The notes under the pieces were generated by a model. The model saw nothing but the letters and a program-made list of their open reading frames with translations, searched no databases and was not told where the DNA came from. Shown piece by piece: positions 44,749-54,362 of a DNA stretch of 55,684 bases; position 1 is the stretch's first letter; each line of letters starts with the position of its first letter. Both the position numbers and the translations under genes were made by a program. Origin of the DNA: Chthonomonadaceae bacterium (GTDB taxonomy: Bacteria > Armatimonadota > Chthonomonadetes > Chthonomonadales > Chthonomonadaceae); contig DASRGZ010000167.1 of the NCBI GenBank assembly GCA_035650735.1, positions 1-55,684 of the forward strand, written 5' to 3'.

Positions 44749-45768
44749 TTACGCCGTCACGCTCGTCAGCAGGTAGCCGCCAAGCGCCAGGCCGGAGCCG
44801 TCCACCGCGATCAGCCGCCAATCGCGCAGGAAAGCCGCCTCAATCATCGTCCCCTTGCGCTTCTCCTCGCGCCAGCGGCGCACCGCCAGCCCCCGCGCCC
44901 CCGTCGCATCGTCCGGCGCCTCGAACGTATACCCAAAACTTACCGCCCGCAGGCTTGGCGTCGTCGGGCGATAAAAGATCAGCGCCATCGCCGACCCATC
45001 GTCCGCCTGCCACAGGTTGCTCCCGGAATAGGCCAGGCCCTCCGCCGCCGTATTCTTCTGCGTCGTCCCCTCAATCACCGTCAGTCCCCGCATCACCTTC
45101 GGCAGCCCCGAAACCGTCAGCGCATCCTGGTGCGTGTACTTCACCAGGTCCTTGACATTCGGATGATCCGCCAGCGTCCGCGCCGCATCCACCGACAGCA
45201 GGAAAGCGTTCGGCTCCCGCGCGATCCCCCGTATCACCGCCAGCTTCCCGTTCTTGATGTCGTTAAACGGCAGCGAGTTCGTCGAAGAATACGACGCCCA
45301 GCTCGTTCCCGCGCCTCCCGTCGTCAGCGCCGCCTTATTGCTGGACGGATAGTTGCCCCGCTTCCCCACCAGCGTCGCCACCATCCCCTCATTATCCAAT
45401 AGCAACCGCTCCGTCAACTGGATCGTCTGGTCCATATCCGGCTGCAAGGGATTATCCGCCGCCGCAACCTCCGCATCGGACACAAACCCCCGATAGGCAT
45501 ACTCCTCCGCAAAGTAGTTCTGCGTGGACAGCCCATAATCAATCTCCGCCGCCTCCGTGCCCGGCCTCCGCAGCGAAGCCGGAACGCCTCCCGTCCCCGT
45601 CGGAGACGGACTCAGAAAATCCTCCTTCCGATACACAAAATACTTATCCGACCGCTTGCTCACCGGCAGTATCGGCAGCACCTGATCTGCCACATACGCC
45701 CCATTCCGATACATCACCGACAGATTCGTCAGCGCCTGGTCAATATGAACTTGAGCAATCGCAGGCAT
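44749..45768 (-). CDS. Major capsid protein (HK97 fold, phage capsid E-like)
   Basis: N-terminus HIDQALTNLSVMYRNGAYVADQVLPILPV, PNAFLL..LADHP and SFGYTF motifs; 339 aa; position after protease and decoration genes. Confidence 0.85.
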   Translation of the reverse strand: MPAIAQVHIDQALTNLSVMYRNGAYVADQVLPILPVSKRSDKYFVYRKEDFLSPSPTGTGGVPASLRRPGTEAAEIDYGLSTQNYFAEEYAYRGFVSDAEVAAADNPLQPDMDQTIQLTERLLLDNEGMVATLVGKRGNYPSSNKAALTTGGAGTSWASYSSTNSLPFNDIKNGKLAVIRGIAREPNAFLLSVDAARTLADHPNVKDLVKYTHQDALTVSGLPKVMRGLTVIEGTTQKNTAAEGLAYSGSNLWQADDGSAMALIFYRPTTPSLRAVSFGYTFEAPDDATGARGLAVRRWREEKRKGTMIEAAFLRDWRLIAVDGSGLALGGYLLTSVTA

Positions 45769-45972
45769 CTTCGCTCCTCCCTACAAACACAAATGGGCAA
45801 CGCCTCCTCCCGGCATCGCCCTTCTTCTCCACCATCCAAAACAGCAAGATCCGACTTCCCCTCTCCCTTCTGCCTTGCTCAAGGGAGTATCTGCTCCCCC
45901 TTCTCCCTAGCAGGGAGAAGGGCCGGGGGTGAGGGCGGCCTACACCCTACCCCCTACACCCTAATCGAGGAT

Positions 45973-46389
45973 CTAAGCCCCAATGTACACCATCGGCTGT
46001 ATCAGCACATCCACCAGCACGCCCGCCGTGTTCGTCGCGCTCGAAAGCGCGATCCCCACCAACTCCCGCACCAACGTCCCCGAAGCCGGCGTCACCGTCT
46101 TCACCTGACCGCTGGCATTGGCAATCGCCAGATAATCCCCCGGCGCAATCGTCGCCGACCCGTCCGACTGCACCTGCGCAATGCCCGCCACCTGCACCGC
46201 GATCTCGCTCGTCGTCGAGTTCGTCGGTATTCCCTCCATCGTCACGCCCACAAACTTCGTCGCCAGCGCCCCACCCGGCAGCGCCACATTCCCCGCGTTC
46301 GTCCCCGACATTACCACGCACACATTCGCGCTGTTCACGCCGCTGTCCGCCGCAAACGACTTAATCAGCAGCGATGTCTGCTTCGCCAT
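45973..46389 (-). CDS. Capsid decoration/cement protein (DUF2190-like)
   Basis: 138 aa, G/A/V-rich; FVGV, VQVAGIAQV, GDYL..NASGQV and VGIALSSA; immediately upstream of the MCP. Confidence 0.75.
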   Translation of the reverse strand: MAKQTSLLIKSFAADSGVNSANVCVVMSGTNAGNVALPGGALATKFVGVTMEGIPTNSTTSEIAVQVAGIAQVQSDGSATIAPGDYLAIANASGQVKTVTPASGTLVRELVGIALSSATNTAGVLVDVLIQPMVYIGA

Positions 46390-46551
46390 CCTCTTTCTCC
46401 TTACAATCCCACAGAATAAACCTTGAAGCAAAGGGCATCCTAGAGCGAACCAACCTCTGGCAGCCCCATAAAGGGGCTTGCCGTCCGCAGCCCGGTCCTT
46501 TAGGGCCGGACGCTTAATACCCTGCCGCAATTTTCACTCCCGAAAACTCGG

Positions 46552-47526
46552 TTACTCCTCCCGCGCCGCCTGCGCCAGATCGGGATGCTCCGCCGCAACC
46601 AACGCAAACGACTGGACATAGCTCAGCCCCTCCTGACGCGCCCGCTCCCGCGCCAGCGCCACCAGGCGCTCCCCCGACGAGCGGCCGCGTCCCAACTCGC
46701 CATAGCGATCCACCCGCATCGCCTCGCCCAGCGGCACCACCGGCCCGTTCTCCGCCATGAAACGCGCAAACAGACCGCTCAACGGCACGCTCTCCGCATC
46801 AAACTCCACCAGACTCTCCTCCCCGCGCATCAGCAGCGTGCGCGCCAACCGCTCTGCCCGCTCCGTCGCCCGCAGGCATCCCTGCCGCTTCCACTCCCGT
46901 ATCTGCTGCTCCACACGCTCGACCCGAAAACGTGCTCGCTCCTCCGCCATCTGTTCCCGCTCCAGCGCAAACCGCGCCGCCTCCCCCGCACGATCCGCCT
47001 CCTTCCCCTCCTCGCCGCCAAGAAAGCCGCGCAGGTAGACCATCAGCCCCTCCGCAAACTGCCGCACGCCCGTCATCATCGTCCCCCTTTCCCCCGCAAA
47101 CAACTCAGGAACCGTAAACTCTACCACTCCCGTCTCCGAAAACACCTGCGCGCTCTTCACGCGCGGTCGGCATACAAACGACGTCTCTACCAGCCGCCGC
47201 TTCGCCACATCCAGCTCCACCGACAGGGCGCGCGCCCCCGCCCGTTGCGCCAGACGCCACGCCTCCACCGGCTGCCGCAGCGTCCCCCACAACTGCTTCC
47301 CCACCACGCGCAGATCCGTCACCACCCCCAGCGCCCCATCAAAAGGCGACTCCGGCAAATGCTCGATCTTCACCGGCACCCTCTCCCCCGAATTGGCCGC
47401 CACCGCCCGCAAGTCATCCTCCGTAATCGCCACTCCCTTATCCGGGTACTCCCCCGCCTCAAACAGCAGGCACGCCCGCTCCACAAACTCCCCATCCTCC
47501 GAAAACACCCACGCCCTGACCTCCAT
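46552..47526 (-). CDS. Prohead protease/scaffold protein (Mu gpI-like)
   Basis: LFEAGEY, PVKIEH, GVVTDL..G..LWG and LSVE protease domain, followed by a charged helical scaffold region. Confidence 0.7.
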   Translation of the reverse strand: MEVRAWVFSEDGEFVERACLLFEAGEYPDKGVAITEDDLRAVAANSGERVPVKIEHLPESPFDGALGVVTDLRVVGKQLWGTLRQPVEAWRLAQRAGARALSVELDVAKRRLVETSFVCRPRVKSAQVFSETGVVEFTVPELFAGERGTMMTGVRQFAEGLMVYLRGFLGGEEGKEADRAGEAARFALEREQMAEERARFRVERVEQQIREWKRQGCLRATERAERLARTLLMRGEESLVEFDAESVPLSGLFARFMAENGPVVPLGEAMRVDRYGELGRGRSSGERLVALARERARQEGLSYVQSFALVAAEHPDLAQAAREE

Positions 47527-47768
47527 TCCCATCACTCCTTACTTCCCGGTCTCATCCCATCCAAACCGGGCAAAACAAAACGGCCGCCGGCACTCCCCGA
47601 CGACCGCCCCTAATTCCATCCGCCAAGTAGCGCCTCCGGCTCCTTGACGGCCCTCTCGCGGCAGCACCTTTTCCCGCCCATCTACGTGGGCGGCAGGCGC
47701 TCTGCGCCCCACAGCGGCAGGGTTCAGCCTGCCGCAAACCTGCCGCACAAAGGACGCCCTCGGTTCGC

Positions 47769-49037
47769 TCACTCCAGCGGGGGTAAATCAAACACCTCGC
47801 GCACCGCCTGCTCCCGACTCTCCGCCACCCCGTGCCGCAACAGCACATCATACGCCTGCGCCAGCTTCACCAGGTCCTTCTCATTGAGCGTCCCCAGCGC
47901 AAAACGCGGACAGACAGCCCCCGCATCCGTAAAATTGTACTCCACCAGCGGGCGAATAATCTGCGTGTTCACCACCGCTTCAATATCGGCCTTCGCGTTC
48001 TCCAGCACGTACATCAGGATGTCGAAATGCACCTTCCCCAGCGCCAGGCTCCCCACGCGCCGCCCCTCGCCGCTCGTCAGCGTCTGCAACAAAATCCCCT
48101 GGGCGATCTGCTGATTATGCCACTCCACCGCCGACGTAAACGCATCTGCGTTGCTATGCGCCGCCTGAAGCAACTGCGGGGCCACGTCCCTCGGAAACAC
48201 CGCGCTCGAATCCTGCTGCATCGTCCGCAGCATGTCCAGCAGCTTGTTCACCGCCGCATCCCCGGCCGTTACCGGCGCCTGCGCATAAACCATCGGCATC
48301 CCATACTTCTGCAAAGACAGATTCCAAAACCGCGTGATCGTATCCTTCGACCACCAGTGCTTATACACCGCCCGCAAATCCGACTCCCCATAGGGCATCT
48401 CATCGTGCGGATTGTAGATATACACCACGCACTTGCCGCGTGGAACCATTACCAGCCCCCGCTGCGGCGTCCAGCTTGTGATCGCCTCAATATTCAGGTA
48501 ATCGTCCACCTCAAACCCGATCTGCTTGGGCGTCTTGGCCTTGATCGCCGCCAGCACAAACTTCCCCGCATACGGCCCCGACTCTTCCAGCCGCCAGACC
48601 ATCTCCGCCACCGAAAAGCCCCGGTAAAACGCCGACATCATCTGAAACAGCGTCTGCCGAAAATCCCGCGCCGTCCCATCCAGCCCGCGCATCCCCCGCA
48701 GCGCCGCCTCCACAAAATCCCGCACCGCCACCGCCCGCGCCGACGGCTTCCCATCTGGCTGCGCCACCGCCGGAAAGACCTGCCAGGGCTTCGCCAACAG
48801 AGCGAACCGCTTCGTATTGATCGCCGCCCGCACCATCGCATCCCCCATCATCTTCTCGTAAATATCGAAGCCCTTCTGTGCGAGTAGCTCATCCGGATTA
48901 TACGGCGCAATCCGAAACGCCGCTTTCAGCGCCGCATCCCACGCCGTCATCTCCTCCCGCATCAACTCCGCCAGCGTCAGCGGCGGCGCAGGCGGCCCCT
49001 CCCCATCCTTCCGGGTCTGGCTTCCCAAAGCAGCCAT
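47769..49037 (-). CDS. Phage portal protein (DUF935 / Mu gp29-like)
   Basis: YEKMMGD, YRGFSVAEMVW, PYGESDLRAVY, KYGMP, ILLQTLTS, GSLALGKVH and QIIRPLVEYNF; GGAGGA RBS before ATG 49037. Confidence 0.88.
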   Translation of the reverse strand: MAALGSQTRKDGEGPPAPPLTLAELMREEMTAWDAALKAAFRIAPYNPDELLAQKGFDIYEKMMGDAMVRAAINTKRFALLAKPWQVFPAVAQPDGKPSARAVAVRDFVEAALRGMRGLDGTARDFRQTLFQMMSAFYRGFSVAEMVWRLEESGPYAGKFVLAAIKAKTPKQIGFEVDDYLNIEAITSWTPQRGLVMVPRGKCVVYIYNPHDEMPYGESDLRAVYKHWWSKDTITRFWNLSLQKYGMPMVYAQAPVTAGDAAVNKLLDMLRTMQQDSSAVFPRDVAPQLLQAAHSNADAFTSAVEWHNQQIAQGILLQTLTSGEGRRVGSLALGKVHFDILMYVLENAKADIEAVVNTQIIRPLVEYNFTDAGAVCPRFALGTLNEKDLVKLAQAYDVLLRHGVAESREQAVREVFDLPPLE

Positions 49038-49444
49038 CGGCCTATCCTCCAACTAGTAGACATATGCTGATTTTTATTTCTACACCCTACGGCGCTCCCG
49101 TCGCCCCTTTTACGCACGATCTTTTCCAAATCTCGCATAAATCCCCGACTCACCAAAAAGCAGGTAATCCCTCCCAACGGTGTGGACGTATCTCCTCAGC
49201 AGCAGGCTGCGTGAGATTGATCCACACGGCTGGGAGTGTCTACCAAAAAGCAGGCGCAACCGCGCCCGCCGACTGAAATCACCCGAAGCGAAAACCCTGA
49301 CTGTTAAGAAGCGTTTTATGGCGGCCTACGAGCCTCGCCGAGCGGAGAAGCCTGAGCGATGGCCCCGGAAAGGCCTGGCGGCACACGCGGCATTTGGGCG
49401 CAAAAAAGCGGTAGACAAATAGTTAAATATGTAGACATAAGTAT

Positions 49445-49473
49445 TTGACATTGGGGACCTTTTGTGATAAAAT
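49445..49473 (+). promoter_or_regulatory. Sigma70 promoter with extended -10
   Basis: TTGACA-N17-TAAAAT with TG at the extended position. Confidence 0.65.
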
Positions 49474-49516
49474 AGACCCGGAAGGATTGGGTTGGTTAGC
49501 GAAAGGATATTGGCGG

Positions 49517-50044
49517 ATGAAACAGATTTCGAAGAAAGATTTGGCCCTCTCTCTCCATGCTGCCGGGCGCACAGTGGAGGAAATTGCACGGGCGCTCCAA
49601 TGCTCACCCAGCTATGTCGCCAATGTGCTGATAGCTTCCGGTAAGCCAAGCGACTATAGCGATCTCTATACCAGCAGCGCCGCTCAGAACGCTTACGCGC
49701 GCATGTTCAACGGCGTGCTGCGGTTTAAAAACGTGGAGGCGGCTAAGGAGTCGGTGGCGCGCATTGACGCGCTGTTCCACCAGTTCGCGCGGGAGCATGA
49801 CCGACGCGGCCAGCACCAGGCGCAGTTGATGGCCCTGATCGGCAAGAACCGGGCGGAAGGCATCGGCAAAATGGAGGAGGCACGTATCTTTGCCGACTGG
49901 CTGATGACGCACCTGGATACCGCGCACGCGCCCGCCTGCGACCTACAGCCAGACTCCGAGGAGGAGCTGGCGGCGCCCGACGCCGAGGAGCGAGGCGACT
50001 ACGCGGAGATGTCTCCCTACGAGGCGACCTTAGCCTTCGCCTGA
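49517..50044 (+). CDS. Hypothetical protein with an N-terminal helix-turn-helix, divergent from the portal gene
   Basis: KKDLALSLHAAGRTVEEIARALQCSPSYVANVL; acidic C-terminal tail. Confidence 0.7.
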   Translation: MKQISKKDLALSLHAAGRTVEEIARALQCSPSYVANVLIASGKPSDYSDLYTSSAAQNAYARMFNGVLRFKNVEAAKESVARIDALFHQFAREHDRRGQHQAQLMALIGKNRAEGIGKMEEARIFADWLMTHLDTAHAPACDLQPDSEEELAAPDAEERGDYAEMSPYEATLAFA

Positions 50045-50228
50045 TAAATTACAAATCAGTCTGAATAAAAAGCCGGGCACGGATGCCCTTTGGTTCTCTA
50101 AATCAGGTAGTTTCCTATCTCGGAACTGCCCAATGAGATAGACAAAGAGTATTCGTGCCCGGCTTCTCGTATGGAAGGGCGCAGGTCTGTTTTAGCCTGG
50201 CATCATGGCCATTTCAGGCGGCTTTCGC

Positions 50229-50783
50229 TCAACTAGCGCTCAGTTCCGGCAGGCGGGCCGGTTGGGTGAGTTGGGCCAGATGCGCCAGTAGCTCCAGTTG
50301 CGCCGCAAACTGCTCCGGCGTCGGCACATCGAACATGTCGCCGACCGTAAGATGGTAAGCCAGGACGCCATTTTTGTAGCTGATGTCCGGGTAGCCGCCC
50401 CAGTTTTGCAGCCTCTCGACAATGCCGGAGGACAGCAGATGCTGCTTGAGGGCTTCGTCCTTAGTCTGCACATGCCAGCTTTTGGGGCCTGTGCCCAGCA
50501 GCTTCTCTCCGCCATAGCACACGGTCCAGCCTTTGCCGGAGGAGCCTACAGTCATGTGCAGGTAGTATTCATAGCTGGAAGACCCCTCCCCGGAGATCGT
50601 CTTGATGGCAGCCCGCACCGGATGCCCCTGATAGGTTCCGCTCAGAGTCGCTCCCTTCGCGGTCCCGTTGACCTGGGCCAGAAGGGGCGCCCACGCCTGC
50701 GCATAGGCGGCATAAGCCCGCTTGGTGAACCAGACAACAAACCAGACCGAGGCGGCGACGGCCACCACAAACACTGCCAACAT
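50229..50783 (-). CDS. Hypothetical membrane-anchored protein
   Basis: AAGGAG RBS; N-terminal TM helix. Confidence 0.65.
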   Translation of the reverse strand: MLAVFVVAVAASVWFVVWFTKRAYAAYAQAWAPLLAQVNGTAKGATLSGTYQGHPVRAAIKTISGEGSSSYEYYLHMTVGSSGKGWTVCYGGEKLLGTGPKSWHVQTKDEALKQHLLSSGIVERLQNWGGYPDISYKNGVLAYHLTVGDMFDVPTPEQFAAQLELLAHLAQLTQPARLPELSAS

Positions 50784-50937
50784 ATACTGCTCCTTACTCA
50801 AGCCGATGTAGGCGCGAACCCAGCAGCAAGCTGGACGCGACCGAGGATCTATTCCATAGATAGGCCGCAAAAGGAAATCCGAAAACGCCTACATCGGCTA
50901 TCGCAAGGTCTTGGCAGCGCTCCTGAGGCCCGAAGGG

Positions 50938-52521
50938 CTAGCGCAGGGAGGCCGCCTCGTTGGAGGCAGAAGACGCCCCGCCGGACATCACCTGCACCTT
51001 GTCGCCATTCTGGATCTGAGCCTGGCCGACGGTAATGACCTCTTCGCCCGCGCGCACGCCGGAGAGAATCTCGATGACGCGCAGGTTGGAGAAGCCGGTT
51101 CGTACCGGCCGCTCCTGGGCTGTGTTATTGACAACCACGAAGACCCGCCCTGTCTTGCCGTTGAAATCCAGCACGGCGTCGCGCGGCACGATGACGGTGT
51201 TGGCGTGGGTGGCTAGCAGGATCTGGCCCCGGGCGAACATCTGGGGCCGCAGGATGTTGCCCTCGTTCTGGATGCTGATGCGCACCGTAAAGCTGCGCCC
51301 CGAGGAGGCGACCGGAAAGATCTTGCTGACCGTGCCCCGGAACGTGCGGCCCGGCAGCGCGTCCACCGTCACCGTTACCGGCTGCCCGACATGCACCTGC
51401 TCGTACTGAGTTTCCGGAAGCTGCGCATCGAAATAGATCGAGTCCAGGGCGACAATGCGCATCACGTCCTTGCCGGCGCCCAACTGCATCCCCGGCTCGA
51501 CCTTGCGCTCGGCCACGACCCCGCTGATCGGGGAGCGCACCGCCGTATCCCGCAGCGCCTGCTCGGCCAGCCGCACCGCCGCCGCCGCCTGCCGCACGCC
51601 CGCCTGCGCGGCGGCCACTCCGGCCCGCGCGTTCTCCACATCGGCGCGGCGCAGATTCACTTGATCCCGGTTGGATACGGCGGCAGCCAGCGCCTGCTGC
51701 GCCTGCACGACCGCCGCCTCGGCGCGGCGAATCTCTTCGGGCCGCGCGCCCTCCTTGGTCAGACTGAGCGCCTGCACTGCGGAATTGTAGCGGGCGTCGG
51801 CGGCATCGGCGACGGCCTGCGCCTGGTCCAGTTGCTGCGCGGAAACCGCTTGCTCCCGGTAGAGATCCTGGTAGCGCTTCAGATCGGCGCGGGCCTTGTC
51901 GCGGTCGGCTTTGGCGGCGGCGACGTTCTCCTGGGCCTGCTGGAGCTCCTGCGGGCGCGCGCCTTCTTTAACGATCGCGGCCTGCTGCTTGGCGGCATCC
52001 AACGCGGCTTGGGCCTGACGGACGGCGGTGCGCGTCTGGTCGTCGGTCCATTTCAGCGTCGTCTGCGCGTTCTGAAAGGTCGCCTGCGCCTGCGCCAGTT
52101 TGGTACGGGCGGAGGCGAGATTGGCGCGCTGCTGGTCAAGCTGGGCCTGCAAGTCGGCGGGATCCTGCTGGGCCACGATCTGTCCGGCGCGCACGATATC
52201 GCCCTCGCGCGCGTAAACCGCCACGACCTTGCCCGCCGCCTTCACCCCGACGACCACATCATGCAGGGCGTTGAGCGACCCCGTGACCGTGATGGTGTCC
52301 GTGATGGTGGCCAGGCGGGCGGGCGTCACGCTTACCTGTGTGGCCTGACGCTGCGCCGCCGCCGGAGTCGCCCGCGGCCCAGGCGCGGAGGCGCCGCCCT
52401 GTGCTCCACGCCGGCACCCGGCCAGAAGCAGGCTGCCCGCCAGCAGTGCGGCCAGGGTCCCATACGCCGTGGTGCGCCCTGTCCTGCGGAGGGCGTCTCT
52501 ATCCCAACGAAAAATCCTCAT
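50938..52521 (-). CDS. Efflux periplasmic adaptor (MFP, HlyD/RND family), lipoprotein
   Basis: Lipobox LLAGC, VREGD-like lipoyl halves, long coiled coil, RSPISGVV and LRPQMF. Confidence 0.9.
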   Translation of the reverse strand: MRIFRWDRDALRRTGRTTAYGTLAALLAGSLLLAGCRRGAQGGASAPGPRATPAAAQRQATQVSVTPARLATITDTITVTGSLNALHDVVVGVKAAGKVVAVYAREGDIVRAGQIVAQQDPADLQAQLDQQRANLASARTKLAQAQATFQNAQTTLKWTDDQTRTAVRQAQAALDAAKQQAAIVKEGARPQELQQAQENVAAAKADRDKARADLKRYQDLYREQAVSAQQLDQAQAVADAADARYNSAVQALSLTKEGARPEEIRRAEAAVVQAQQALAAAVSNRDQVNLRRADVENARAGVAAAQAGVRQAAAAVRLAEQALRDTAVRSPISGVVAERKVEPGMQLGAGKDVMRIVALDSIYFDAQLPETQYEQVHVGQPVTVTVDALPGRTFRGTVSKIFPVASSGRSFTVRISIQNEGNILRPQMFARGQILLATHANTVIVPRDAVLDFNGKTGRVFVVVNNTAQERPVRTGFSNLRVIEILSGVRAGEEVITVGQAQIQNGDKVQVMSGGASSASNEAASLR

Positions 52522-54332
52522 CTGCGTTCTCCGCGACCGGGAGCGCCGGTCACCTGGGGGGGCGGAGGCGTGGCATAGCCCGGCCCATTGCTTACATACG
52601 AATAGCGTCCGGCGGCTTTGTCCAGCCGGGCGCGGGCATTATTGTAGTCGTAGAGCGCGCTGACCTGGTTACTCTCAGCCTGAGTGAGCGCCGCCTGCGC
52701 ATCGCTGACTTCCACCAGCGCCGAAACACCTGCATTATACCGCACGCGCGCCAGACGATAGGACTCCTGCGCCTCCCCAAGCGCCTGGTTGGCCACGGCC
52801 ACCCGATTGCGCGCCTCCAACAGGTTCAGGTACGCCTGCCGCACATCCAGCGTCACCAGGTCTACGGTCTGCCGCCGATTGGTTTCGGCGGTCGCCACAT
52901 CGGCGCGCGCCTGCGTGACGCGCGCCCGAGCGAGGCCACCTTCGTAGAGCGGCAAGTTAACCTGGGCGACGGCCTGCCAGGAGGTGGTCATGGGAGAGAA
53001 GCCGGCGGCGTCGGGTGTATATTGGAAGTTGAACGCGAGGCCAAGCGTCGGCAACTGGCTGCGCCGGGCCAGCAGAATTCCCTTGCGTGCGGCGGCGATG
53101 GTGGTATCGGCCTGCAAAATCTCCGGGCGCGTTTGCAGCGCCTCACGCAAGACGGCATCATAGGCCGTGCCCAATATAAGCGGCTCCTGGGTCGCGCCCG
53201 GCGCTGGCGCTGCTCCCTGGCCGCCCGGTGCGGTTAAGGGAGCGCCCGGTGCTGGGTTTTGCACGGGCGGCGCCACAGGCGTTTCCACGGGCGTCTGTCC
53301 GGGCGGCGTGGCGCCGGTGGCCGGAGCCGGGGCGAGCGCGGGCGGCGGCGCAACATCCGGCGGCGTCTCCACGGCCCCTGTGTCAGCGACCTGCAGCGGC
53401 GTATTGACGTCAATGCCGATGGTGTTGTTGAGATTGGCAATCGCCAGGCTGACGTTGCTTCTGGCCGTGATGAGCTGCTGCTGGGCGTTGGCCACGTCGG
53501 TCTGGGCGCGGATCACATCAAAGCGGGCTACCGTTCCGGCCCGGAACTTCTTCTCGGCATCGCTGAGCCGGTCGAGCGCGTTTTGCAGCGCCTCATTGGC
53601 CACTCTGACCAGCGCCTGGGCGCGCAAAACATCGTAAAACGCGGTTTTAACATCCAGCACGATTTGGTTGCGCGCCCGATTGACATCCAGCCGCGCGGCG
53701 ATCTCCTGGAATTGGGCCTGCTGGGTTGCCGCCCGCAGCAGGCCGGTAATATCTATGGGCAGCGTGGCCTGCACGCCGATCTGCGACTGGTTTTGCTTGA
53801 CCAGGGGGAACGATTGCCCGTTGAAAGTGACCGTCTGTCCCTGATTGAGATGGGTGAAGGTGTAAGTGGAACTTACCGTCGGGTTGAAGGCGGCGCGGGT
53901 TTCCGACGTGCGGCCCTGGGCGCGCAGCAGCGCTTCCTCGGCCAGCGCCAGCGATTTGTTGGTAGCCAGCGCGATGGCGACCGCATCGTTGAGAGTGAGT
54001 GGCCGGGCCTGGAGACCAAGCTGCGCCAGGGTGGGCGATTCCAGGCTGGGCCGATCCGGCTTGGGGATGGACGCTGCGGGCGGCGGCAGGGGCGCTTGCG
54101 GCCCGGTCGGCGGCGGGGTCTGGGGCACGGGAACCACGCCCTGGGGCGGGGTCGGCGTGGGCGGCGTTTGGGTCTGTGCCGCGCCGGGCAGGGCCATCCA
54201 GCCGAGGGCGGCAACGCCTGCCGCCCGGAAAAGCCGGGTTTTCCGGTTCAAAGGGCGCGCCATAGCCTTCCCGGGCGCGCGCCGCCGGGCCAGAATCGGG
54301 AATTCTCTTAACATAGGGGGGCTCTTCTCCAC
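52518..54332 (-). CDS. TolC-family outer membrane efflux protein
   Basis: LTLNDAVAIALATN and two OEP repeats (DVKTAFYDVL, DVRQAYLNL); Pro-rich linkers; start uncertain. Confidence 0.9.
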   Translation of the reverse strand: MEKSPPMLREFPILARRRAPGKAMARPLNRKTRLFRAAGVAALGWMALPGAAQTQTPPTPTPPQGVVPVPQTPPPTGPQAPLPPPAASIPKPDRPSLESPTLAQLGLQARPLTLNDAVAIALATNKSLALAEEALLRAQGRTSETRAAFNPTVSSTYTFTHLNQGQTVTFNGQSFPLVKQNQSQIGVQATLPIDITGLLRAATQQAQFQEIAARLDVNRARNQIVLDVKTAFYDVLRAQALVRVANEALQNALDRLSDAEKKFRAGTVARFDVIRAQTDVANAQQQLITARSNVSLAIANLNNTIGIDVNTPLQVADTGAVETPPDVAPPPALAPAPATGATPPGQTPVETPVAPPVQNPAPGAPLTAPGGQGAAPAPGATQEPLILGTAYDAVLREALQTRPEILQADTTIAAARKGILLARRSQLPTLGLAFNFQYTPDAAGFSPMTTSWQAVAQVNLPLYEGGLARARVTQARADVATAETNRRQTVDLVTLDVRQAYLNLLEARNRVAVANQALGEAQESYRLARVRYNAGVSALVEVSDAQAALTQAESNQVSALYDYNNARARLDKAAGRYSYVSNGPGYATPPPPQVTGAPGRGERR

Positions 54333-54362
54333 TCTCTAGCGCGAAGGCAAGGGGGATGCGCC

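Larger units (their letters stand above)
38813..49037 (-). mobile_element. Phage-derived head (capsid) gene module lacking terminase, tail, integrase and lysis genes: prophage remnant or domesticated GTA-like locus
   Basis: Co-oriented portal, protease/scaffold, decoration, major capsid, adaptor and closure-like genes in canonical head-morphogenesis order, followed by SGNH and small structural-like genes. Confidence 0.75.

Noticed and set aside
44749..45768. Encapsulin nanocompartment
   Set aside because: The capsid gene is accompanied by portal, protease and adaptor genes, which encapsulins lack, and no cargo enzyme is adjacent.
38813..49037. Complete inducible prophage
   Set aside because: No integrase, att-associated tRNA, terminase, tail, replication or lysis genes; both flanks are host genes.
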